The position numbers and the translations under genes were made by a program. DNA of 64,000 bases, taken from Phoronis australis. Taxonomy: Eukaryota; Animalia; Phoronida. The first letter of the stretch is position 1; each line of letters starts with the position of its first letter. The notes under the pieces were generated by a model. The model ran no database searches. It was not told the origin of the DNA and was given only the letters and a program-made list of their open reading frames with translations. Where the stretch lies: assembly GCA_002633005.1 (NCBI GenBank), contig NMRA01000337.1, positions 248,001 through 312,000 on the forward strand. The letters run 5' to 3'. This document shows, piece by piece, positions 1 to 10,996 of this stretch.

Positions 1-2729
1 TTCGTTCACTGCGCCACCTTGTGATGTCAATTATATGTGCAGTAAACGAAAGTTCTGTCAAGATGAAATGTTTGATTTTCGGCTAGTTTACACTGATAAA
101 AGTGTTTTTCAACTTGCTCCTTGCTCAGCTTGGAACTTAGTTCAGCGCTTGTCAATTCTTTGTTGCTCGAGACCATATTTGGTCTTTTAAATAACCAGGC
201 TTGATAAGACAAATTGTTCAGGTTTTTTTCTTACAATAACCATCGTCCTACCCAGACACGGAACAAGCTGAGACGAGAGTTACGTATAACGAAAAGTAGG
301 CTTTAAATCAAAAGTTATTTTTTGAAAAAAGACCAGTGTTTGCAGCTTCAACTGAGCGGATATTATGCAGAGACCATAAGGTGACTGTTAAGAGACGTTT
401 TCGTAAGGAAGAACGGAATAGGAATGGTAGGTGTATTGTAAACAGATAAGCTAGTAGGTGGGTAGGAAAGTCGGTAGGTCGGTGCCTGGGTGGGTATATA
501 GAATGCAAGGAGGATCGGTGGTCAGATAGATGGATGGGTACGTAGGTACATACAGATAAGTTGGTAATAACAGTGAGTTGGGGAATTTTTACCAATGTAA
601 GACATATATTGATGGTACAAAAGTCAAACACATTATATGTAGTTTATCGTAAATGTCTAGATATTTGCAGTTTCAATTTCAAACCAAAGACTTATCACAG
701 ATATTGAATTTGCTGTACAAAATATGCAATAAATACGGTAGTGGGAGAATTTCCTGGGAAGAAATCGAGGGAGGATTGACGTTCTCTCGTGGTTATATTT
801 TCAGTTCATGTCCGGGGGGGATCTAGGATATCACAAGTGGGGGCCCAACATTTTGTCTGTAAACATTTGCTCAAAGCACAATTGTAGATGCGCATAGCGC
901 CGAATGGGGGGGGGGGGTCGGGAAGTTTTTCTTTTTTTCCTCTAAAAATCAAACATTTTCCTTGATTCCCGAAGCGTTATCCAAGAAAAAAAGGCAAAAC
1001 AAAATTGATAACCTCCTTCTTTTGTAATGCTTATTACATGTTTTATATTTTGTGAATCAGTTCGTAACAAATTTGTTGTATTTAAAATAGTCTTCAATTG
1101 TCCAAAAGACAAAATCCGTTTTTTGTGTTGGCAATAATGACGCGATTGCTTTGGAAATCGTCTTAAGTTAAGGTTTGACAAAAAGAGAATTGTGAGATTC
1201 TGAGTGTTTCACTAAGGCTTCAATTAAAATTGACATCTTACCATCAGCTTCTGTTTTTTCATCATCACTCAGATTCCATTTTCTTTAAAAAATGAAGTGA
1301 TTTTCTTCATTGCACAGTGGAGTAGACGACGGAAACAGAGTCGTTGTGCCCAGCGCCACTGCCGGTCGCCTGGGATATCGCGGGAGAGCTCCTATGTACA
1401 GCCATATAGCCATATTTCCGTTACGAGTGCGCCGTGTTCCCAATTTGCCCCCCCCTCCTCAAATCCGCCTATGCATGTAACAATCATCAATTCGCTTTTT
1501 GACGACCCTATTCTCGATAAAATGCCCTCACTTTTTGTACACGCACACGTACTTAAAATTTTGTTACAAAATTCAGCGTGATTTACATCCTTCTTTTGCC
1601 CATTGGCTGTGTGTGGATAAAAGTAACGTATTCGACTGAGTTGTGGCACTTGCTATATCGTTGAAATTACCGTCATTCCGTAATGTGTTTATCGGCTCTA
1701 GTAACATGTATTACAACTAAAACATCAAAAAGAATCACATGAATGTGGGGGGTAATGTATTTTCTACGCTGCTAAACAATTTTTGACAATAGAATTAATG
1801 ATAAAACACTGGAAATCAAAGAACACTCGACACAATTCCGTTGGGAAAATACCTCGTTCAATACTTGGATCGATCACACCAGAGAGACTCCTTAACAGTA
1901 GGTTACATGCTCCTTTACATTTCAGCTGGGTTTTATCATGTTCTTTGTTTTTATCATTCTCTGTTCAAATGTTTCATAATTTAACTTGCGTAGTGGAGAC
2001 ACCGGTTCCGTCTTTAGAACACTGTATTACCGGCGCAGTGAAACCTTATAACAGATGTTCCAAAAAAGCGAGCCATTTTTTGACAAGTAACTTCTTAGCA
2101 ATTGACGGATTGTACTGAAAACCTCGACCCCCACACCCCTCAACCCCCTGGACCCACGACCCCCTCGACCCACAACCCCCTCGACCCACGACCCATGACC
2201 CACGACCTGTGTCAATAGAGGTATCTGTGCGCTTTTACATATTTCATAAACTTATTACGTCGCTGGGCGACTTTCCCATAAGACAAACCTACACGCGAGT
2301 CTGCTCTGGCTGAAGTCTGATGATTAAAAACAGAAAGTGGCGTGAGAACGCCGGTGGTCTTGAATAACACATTAGGAGCGCACTGTTGTTGTCACGGAAA
2401 TAGTTCCACGAGCGGCTATCAACGGCACAGTTCTAGTAAACTTAGGGAGAGAGTACATTAACGTGAATGTACATAATTTCATATTTTTATTTTTATTATT
2501 AGCTTTATATTGTATACTCCTTTACAATATATTCCATATAACGTTGAAATACTTTTTAGTTAACAGTTTGTTTTTTCGATGGATAATGGGCGGCGCAGCA
2601 CTGAAAAAATTGGGGGGCTAAAGCCCCCTCAGACCCTTGTGGTGCATCGCCTATAGACCATGTGCGTAAAATAGATGGACTATACCCCCCCCCCCCCCCC
2701 AGCCCTCTATGGTGCACCGCCCATGTGAA

Positions 2730-3867
2730 TACTTTCAGTCATCCAGCTGAGTAAACAATATGTAGAAAATTAAATTAATTACTGGGCATACAGATTGAGT
2801 TGGCTACGTTGCGTCCTCCTCTCGAGGACTTCGGCAGGCCACTGAGATGTCATATGACTCATCATGTAATCAACAACACAGTTTGTGCGGGATACTCTTT
2901 AGTTCCCTACCCCACGTTCTTGGCAACAGAAACCTCAGACCCCCTTGTCTGCTTAAGCTAGGATTCTCCACTCGTTCGTATATTGCTTCCTTGACCCCTC
3001 TGCTGAACCAATTTTCTTCTCTATCCAGAATTGTGACATCATCCAGGGAGAACGAGTGGTCCGTAGCAGCTATATGACTGAAAACCGCCGAATCATAGCA
3101 GTCCCCGTAACTGGGTCTGCGATGTTGACTGATCCGACTTTTCAGGGCTTGTTTGGTTTCCCCAATATATGCTTCCTCACACCCTGGATCCTAGCATAAA
3201 ATACCATACACCACATCTGATTTTTTCGCTTTCGTGGTCTTATCTTTCACATTCATTAGCTGACTCCTTATGGTGTTAATTGGTTTGAACGAAACACAAA
3301 TATCGTGGCCCTTCATGTGAGATTTGACCTGGTCTGGAATCCCTGGCACAAAACGTAATGTTATTCTGATCGATGTCGCTCCTGTTGTCAGGCTGCGTGT
3401 TCTTTGGCGTGACCCCGTGATGGTCTGCCTTGTGGAATGACCCTGACTCAGGATAGTCACAACTCTTTAACACTGTTCCGTTGTAATCCAATTCAACATC
3501 AATGTCCTCCTCTGTGTTGGGGATGGTTTTCGCACGATAGTCGAACGTTCTAATCACGCTCAGTTTGTGTATCAAAGAGTGGTTGGAGTCAAAAGGAAGA
3601 TAGTAGTCCGTGTGAGTGGGCTTCCTATAAACCTTGGTCTTAATACGCTTATCTACAATAGTCACTAAACAATCCCCAAACGGCTCTCTAGATTACTCTT
3701 GAGTAAACTTGATGTTGATGTCACACCGATTCATGTGTTCGAAGAACTCTATCTTTTCAGAATTTGTTTATCATCTACATATCTCAGCCAGAGTCTAGGT
3801 GGAACTCCATCGTAGGATGCTAACGCCTTTCTCTCTAAGTTCTCTTTGAAGAAGTTCACCACAACCT
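2730..3867 (-). mobile_element. Penelope-like retroelement fragment (RT C-terminus + GIY-YIG endonuclease), degenerate
   Basis: WLRYVDD (~3789-3769), TKVYRKPTHTDYYLPFDSNH, SDVVYGILC*DPGCEEAYIGETKQALKSRISQH, GVKEAIY; frameshifted. Confidence 0.9.
2801..2841 (-). ncRNA. Degenerate minimal hammerhead ribozyme at the Penelope 3' end
   Basis: Minus strand reads tggc-CTGCCGA-a-gtcctc-gagag-gaggac-GCAA-cgta-gcca: stems I and II intact, core CUGANGA and GAAA each carry one substitution. Confidence 0.6.
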
Positions 3868-4602
3868 GTTTGTTTTTTCAAACTGTACTTACTGGTGAAA
3901 TTACAGTTTTGTCAGTTCCTCACACTCTGCAATTCACTGAAGAGCAGACGAGACGATTACACTCTGCCGGGAACAACATTTGTAAGATTGGTAGGTCTTT
4001 GATTTGATTTGGTCGCGTTGCTTTTTTCTGTTTTTGGCTTTCAAACTTGCCGCATCGACTGCCTTAATTGCAAAAAACAGGGAAAAGCCTGCCGAGCTCA
4101 CGGCCCAACTCATTGGTCCTACAAGCCAGCGCTTGTTCTATGTTCAGATAGACTGGTTCGACGGAGTTAGGGGTCGAGGGAGTCGAGGGTCGTGGGTCGT
4201 GGGTCGAGGGGGTTGTGGGTCGAGGGGGTTGTGGGTCGAAGGTGTCGTGGGTCGAAGGGGTTGTGGGTCGAGGGGGTTGTGGGTCGAAGGTGTCGTGGGT
4301 CGAGGGGGGTTTCAGAACAATCCGCAATTGTCCAACCGATTCGTTCAAAATTTTCACAATGTATCTTCAGGGTGTCATCAACAAGTCTACGAAGTATCTC
4401 GGAGAAATATAAAAAAATATGGAAGTGCTGTGAAATTCAAAACAGCGAGGTGAAAAGTGCAATGTCACTGTGACTTTCATCGTGTTCATGCTTTGCTGGC
4501 ATCCGTCAGTCAAAAATTGCCTCCCTGGATCTCAAGTCTACTGTTTTTTTATTGTCAGGTCTCTATGCAAATCAGTTCCGTCCAATACTCCGGTTTGTAA
4601 GG

Positions 4603-5156
4603 ATGCCTTTGAGTGAAAGTGATCAATTTACAATTGAAACCTGTTTCGAGGAGAAAGGTTGGAGTCGTGCGACTGTAAACGGACTTATTGCTAAAATACG
4701 TAACACAGGGTCTGTTGCCCGTAAAAGTTTACAGCCAAAGTTAAAACAGGCAACGCTACATGCAGTTATTGTATGAAAATTTTCTCTCGAATTGCAGGCG
4801 ACTTTATCCTGGAAACAATTACGTGTTTCAGCAAGATGGAGCTCCTTGACAAACGAGCAAGGTAACCCAGGCTCATCTGGAGGAGGCCACGTTAAAATTC
4901 ATCAAAAAAAATGAGTGGTCTCCGCTCAGTCCTGACTGCAATCCAATCGATTATGCCATATGGGAGTCTCTGAAGGAGAAAGTTTACCAGGGGAATGAGA
5001 GGCAATTGACTGAGCAGGAGTTAAAAGACAGGATAATTATGTCCTGGGAGAAAATTCTCGATGGAAGAAATACGGAAAAGCATTTCTGGTTGGAAGAAAC
5101 GGCTCCGTTTAGTCGTGGAGGAAGATGGAGGCTACATTGAGCATAGACTGAACTAA
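4603..5156 (+). pseudogene. maT/DD37D transposase remnant (internal deletion, stop, frameshift)
   Basis: N-terminal MPLSESD...KIRNTGSVARK, then FQQDGAP*...WSPLSPDCNPIDYAIW (37 residues between the two Asp), ending KKRLRLVVEEDGGYIE. Confidence 0.85.
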
Positions 5157-7898
5157 GCTAGCTTCCCCTTTGATGTTTTATTTTTTGATCTGATGTTTTT
5201 AATTTGACAGTACTCGCACAATTGGACACAGATCTATTTGATATTTTGTCCATTTGTTGATGATATCGTAAAGTTAAACTGTAACAAATTTGAAAAAAAT
5301 CGATTTATTCTCTGCTGAAAATTTTCTTGTCAAAAATGGCTCACTTTTTGGGACACATGATATTGCAGTTGAACGATTTTCGGTGAACTGTAATTGACAT
5401 AGGTCACAACGGCTATTAAGAAACTCTGTTGTAATTAGAATCGTTGGACTGGTGCGAAAGACCGTGGGAAGTGGGGGAGAAGGGTAGACTAAGAGGGGTG
5501 AGCGCAGAGGTTGCATGTGCCACCCAACATTGGAGGTCACGAAGGAACGTTGGTTGTGATCGTCAAGGTGAGCGGAAGACGAATTTGACTTTTCCCAATA
5601 ATTTTTATTTTCGTACGGGCCTGTAATGTCTAATGTCTGCTACGTTGTTTTCACTGATGGACCTGTGTTTGTTGGAGGCTTGAAGCTTGATCAGTGATGG
5701 AAGCCTCTTGCGACAAGTAAAAGTTCTGTCTTCGTGATTACCACTTGTGCCCCCCCCCCATTCGGTCATTCGGTCGCCACTAGTTGCGACTTCTCTTGTG
5801 CAGTCGCCAACTGCGAGTATGCCCCAGAAGTGGCCGCTTAAGTGATTTGATTAGTCGAAGATTTCTCCTCACAAGTGCTTCGCGAGTATCTGGGTCTACG
5901 GAACGCAACCAAGGTAGAACGCTTGTCAGCTAACGAGTACTCCGGGGCGCTCGAAGCTGCAGTCTGGAATGTGAAGTGATTGTTTGTTATTGCCCCGGGT
6001 ACATGTAGATATTGACCAGTCCCTTACCCGACCATACCCATGAGTATCCGTTCATAGCATGACCACGTTGAATACATTCATGTCTTTTTGTTCTCGTCAT
6101 GTAACTCACACATGTACACCTCTCCTATCTGGTGGGCTTATACCACGCAGAGAGTATCTTGAAGAAAAGGCGTACTTTCTTAAGAAATGATATAGTATTG
6201 TTAGAAGAGAATGTCGCTACCAGAATGAATTGCATACGTTGGCTAAAATGTGAATCTAACTTAGACCTTCATTCTGATAATGATCCTTATTGTGATGTAA
6301 TTTGTTTCGTTACCATCACGAACATCGAAGCTATCAGCGATTCAAGAAAACGCCTCAAAGTTTATTGGGGCTGGCCAACCCTGAAATTGCAGATTCAAAT
6401 ATGGCGCGTATTGCCTGTAACTGGTGTTGTCGGTTCGGCAACAATTCAAGGTCAGATGAGCGTGGTAATTTTGTAAACCCTAAATTACTTCGGTTAAGAA
6501 TTCAACATTGACAGCTAAACAGAGGCGAAATGCAGGTTTAATTAAGCCTTCGATCGGGAAGGTTACCGCTAATCTTGTTGAATGGCGACTCTCCAGTTCC
6601 AGATTCCTCTCACCTGATTGGACAAAAGGAGATAGATGTGAATTTCACAAGGAAGAGTCTTTGAATGCCCTGCCTCGACAAACACTGCAGAGGTGATTAA
6701 CAAATGTCACCAACGCATAGCTTGTTATCGTCAGCGAGTCCCTCGTGAACAATGCCCTGAAGCCCAGCAATGAACATGTTGTATAACCAAGATTGACAGA
6801 AGAACCTGCTCCAGGACTGTAAAAACGAGATGATGGACAGAAGCTTTGAGAAAATGCTTTATGGGCTTATTCACACCCAGGCAGTGAAGGCTGGCTGGCA
6901 ATAGATGATGGCATCTTTGTTGTTGAGATTGTTAGGCTGACAAGTGAACAAGACATACATCTTGATAAGAGAAGCTGGAGTTGTCATTAGCTCCAAAGTA
7001 GCCATCACACTAAACTAAGATGAAGACGGCAGCACTGTTTACAAAGACACTGTCAAGAAACTTGAATCTTTGAATACACTGGTTATGCAAATGGTGCTGA
7101 GGTGTTAAGGCAGTGTCCACAGCCAGTCAATATTGAACAAGGCAAGGAAAACCAGCACTAAACATGTTGTAACGGAGATTGTCAGAGAAACCCGTTGCAG
7201 ATGTGGGGATGTTGCATATTACAGAAGGTCCACACTTAGGCAATGGAGATTAGCAAAGACGATGCTATACGACACCAGACAAAAAATAATACGCCTTGAA
7301 AATGATCGAGGTAATGTCCCCATGTTCACAGACTCTTTGTTAAGGTTAATGCAATCTTTGGTGTGACCAGAGAAAGGCAATGAGGGTGAGACAATGACAC
7401 TGAGAACGAAATTTGTAGAGGCATTACTTCTACGATCATGCCGTTAATAGCGCAGACAGGTAATGAACTCTAGCCCTGGAATGCCAACTCTCGCACGTGA
7501 CCTATGTATTCTATTATTAGAGCTTGCGACCACGAGACTAACCGCGAGAGTTTGCACTGAGAATTTCCGGCTGCCTGCTTGACTGAGTTTCGATCGAGAG
7601 CTACAGCTATCAACTGAAGCCTAATTTCTTTGCTTCATTTTTTCATTTTGTCATTACTGTTCATCAAGCGAGATTCTTGAGGCAAAAGGTTCCATACAAT
7701 CGGCGATTTCTCGGCAAAGGTAGTCAACAAACCATTCTTTGTAAGCTCCGACCTGTGACCCAGAGTAGTTTAGCCAGTGATATCTTTTGCCATAATATTT
7801 CACGGAAAGAAGTAACATTTGGCCTAAATGAAAAGTTTAGGCCCTGAAACAGGTGTGTTTACGTAACTTTCGAAAAATTACGCATAATTGCTTCGGTA

Positions 7899-7910
7899 AG
7901 TGTGTGTGTG

Positions 7911-7972
<62 letters not shown>

Positions 7973-7974
7973 TG
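7899..7974. repeat. (TG)n microsatellite
   Basis: Seen directly. Confidence 0.97.
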
Positions 7975-10034
7975 TTATAACTGTTTTCAGTTGTTTCTAT
8001 AATTCATTTGCGCAATATTAACATGTTGCCCAGATGCTGTATTTTGTTAATTCGATTTCTGAAAAGTAGACCTACTTGTTATCCGTAGTATTTACATACA
8101 CCCGTGAAATTAAGTTTCAAAAGTTTACCTTGTAAAAGAACTCAATCCAGTACTTCGTGCTGCTGACAGCACACAGTGTATTTGGCCATTGCCTTGCTGG
8201 ACCTTGGCGGACTGTCATACTTTTTTATTTTCCGCCATCCCACAACACCATCTAAATGCCCTGCTTTTTGACACACGGGCAATTTGACATTATCATAATC
8301 TCTTGTAATTTCCTCGCAACATAGCCATATTTTCCCTCTCGACTTAAAAGAAAAAGGGACATTTCATGGGTTTTTGCAATTTTGCGGCACCGACAATTTC
8401 CCATTCAACTAAAAAAAACACAAAAAACGGCGTTTGTCATTTTTTGGGGTTTACATCTCCCGTTCGACAAAAAACGTTGTCGGTACGTTTTTGTGTGTTG
8501 CAGCGAACATTTCACCCTTACATTTTGGCTTAGACCCACATGTCCCGCTTCTTATCCTGAAGTCCCGCTTTTCAATCCAGTTGTTTCGTTCTTTCGTTCC
8601 ATAATGTTGACCGCGACAATTTTGCAACAGGTGTTCAAAATAACATTATCTCTTCTTATGAAAATTGTTATTTTCCACTTTCTTTAGTAAGATAACAATC
8701 GTAAAAACGTGTTTGGTAACATACACAACATGTATCAAGATCAATAACTTTTACTTTCTGAAAAAAACCACTATAATTTGGCAGTAATCTTTCTTGTATA
8801 CATATTTCATTGAAGATACGACTTTGATCTGTTTTTACAAGTTTAATTTCAGTTCTTTCAAACTCTCTAAATTAGATCTTGTCTTTACATCACAACAGTG
8901 CAATAAAAATGCAATCGACATCAGTAGGTAAACATATGTTATACAACTATATCTCGATTCGTGATATGCAAAAGTATTTGAACGAAGGCGAAGCATATCA
9001 CGAATCGAGATATAATAACACACTGGTACAAACACGTACGTTGTATAACCTATTTATCCTATGCGCCCCACTGAGGATTCTTTAAAGAAGCGGGTTTACA
9101 CAGATTGCTCCGCTTGTTTTTGTGCCGTTTGTCATCCTTTATCAATGATGATCTCAGATCACGTGATACGTATACGAGCACGCAATATTTTTATTAATGA
9201 ATTTTTGACACGGCAGTTCAAGTGGTATTTTACAGCAGCTACAGGCTTGGTGTGCATATTTGCTATTTTCAGTGTTTTCGTCAGTGTTTGGGCTAAATCT
9301 ATTTCTAAGTTAAAGTTTGCTCACATTTCTGACGATTTTTCTTGACTTTGCTGAGTAATATCTGTGCAGGACACCCGGATGTTGTGGCTTATGAACGTTC
9401 AGACACTTCTTAAAAATGCTCCTTGAGAGGGGTTCTTATCATTTTTAGATAAAAAGTATTCCGAAAATAAAATTGACAAAAATACAGTGTTTACAGCAGT
9501 TGCACTTTTTTCCGGCTTGACGTATTTTGATTGTTTTGAGAACGAATTTAAAAATGACTCATATTTTACCGTAAAGAATCTCAACTGGTGTAGTGCAATA
9601 GGTGACCAAAAAGAGACATGCATTGGTAATGTATATTGCTTTCTTAATCCCAAATATATTGTGGCAAGTTCGAGACTTTTTCTGCCCGGGTGCAAAATTT
9701 CACGGTATATTTAGAAAACTTTTCAACAATATTTTTATTTCACTTTTTTGTTTAGTTTTGAGAACGCATATCATAGTATCGGAATTTGAAAATATTGCGC
9801 ACGAGCTGAACCCAATTTGATGCTATATATACAATCATGTTTCTATAATTGTAGTGTATTGTGTGCTCAGCAGGGGATTTGGGCGAGAAAGAAGACAAAT
9901 TCAACGCGCGTTGAATACGGAAAAGTAGTTCTTCCATATCAAACCTCACAATACGACCCGTATTTCATGGACATACTATCACGCGTATAGGATAAATAAA
10001 TATACACGCGTTGCTGTGCATCATAATGCACAGA

Positions 10035-10996
10035 TCACCTAAATAATGATAGAGTCCTTGGAGTTCCAGTTAGCTGCTCATTCAAACTAGGTTTTTCAAA
10101 CATTATTAGAAGCGACTCTAACGTTCGTAATCTGTATACATCATTTTCAACATAGCGAATGACTGTATTGTCAACAATCTCCCGACGAGTTATCTTGCGA
10201 CCATGAACGTTTTGAAAATGGTCTTTTATGGAGCCATTTTGTAAATGCATAGAAATTCGTCGCGACAAGGGACAGACTGTGCGCCAAATGTAATTTTGTT
10301 TCTGATGAGGACGAAAACATTCTACCGCGGGACAAGTAAACTCATAAACAACATTACATCTAGCAGCAGTGCGGACCTTCTCACGACTAATATTATTTCT
10401 CATCACATTAAATTAGAGGTCTTCATATTCTTGTAATAAATAATTACATCTAGCTTGTCTTTAGGATTAACAACTCTTACATTATCATAGATTATGTTCT
10501 TTAGGACTTGCTCATCTTGTACATAACTTTTGGACATACAGTTTTTGTAGAATAGTTTTTTAACATTACCAGTAAATGTTTGTACATGATAATGATGTTC
10601 AACTTTTGAGACAAACCGATTAATGTGCTTATCCACAAATGAATTGGTGTAACCATTATTTATTAGAAGTTGTTTTACATGTTGGACTTCACTAATGAAC
10701 AGGTTCCAGTGTGACGAAATATTGTGAGCTCTCTTTAAGAGATTGACTAAAACAACTATCTTATAACGCTCAGGGCAGTCAGTATCAGCATGGAGACAAA
10801 TACCTTTGTCAGTATGCTTGTAATAAACTGATGTGATGAATCTTGTGTCTGCGTTACATATAAGTACATCTAGAAAAGGTATCTTATCATTCACAAGTTT
10901 TTCGTGAGTGAATTTCAACACTGATTGGTTCTCAAGCACAGTTTTAAGCGATACCATTTCATCAAAATTACAATAGACGAAAATATCATTGACCAC
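10035..10996 (-). mobile_element. Second Penelope-like element fragment (RT C-terminus + GIY-YIG), 5'-truncated
   Basis: ORFs 10403-10996 (VNDIFV, IPFLDV, TSVYYKHT, CPERYK) and 10035-10406 (NVVYEFTCP..NYIWRT..RRISMH..LRTLESLLI..KPSLNEQ); frameshift and decayed YVDD/YIG motifs. Confidence 0.88.

Larger units (their letters stand above)
2107..4323. mobile_element. Non-autonomous MULE/foldback-like DNA transposon with subterminal 17-bp repeat arrays
   Basis: Termini GGATTGTACTGAAA / TTTCAGAACAATCC; 9-bp TSD gcaattgac (2098-2106) / gcaattgtc (4324-4332); inverted arrays of cccctcgacccacaacc at 2121-2208 and 4169-4309. Confidence 0.8.
2051..5360 (+). mobile_element. Degenerate Tc1/mariner-superfamily element, DD37D (maT-like), interrupted by nested insertions
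   Basis: TIRs tgttccaaaaaagcgagccattttttgacaag (~2056-2086) and cttgtcaaaaatggctcactttttgggacaca (~5325-5357); TA flanks at 2049-2050 and 5361-5362. Confidence 0.85.

Noticed and set aside
4004-4473. Overlapping ORFs on both strands
   Set aside because: Artefacts of the stop-free 17-bp G-rich repeat array.
6022-6157. Minus-strand exon-like segment with AG and GTAAG boundaries
   Set aside because: All three frames contain stops and no partner exons are recognisable.
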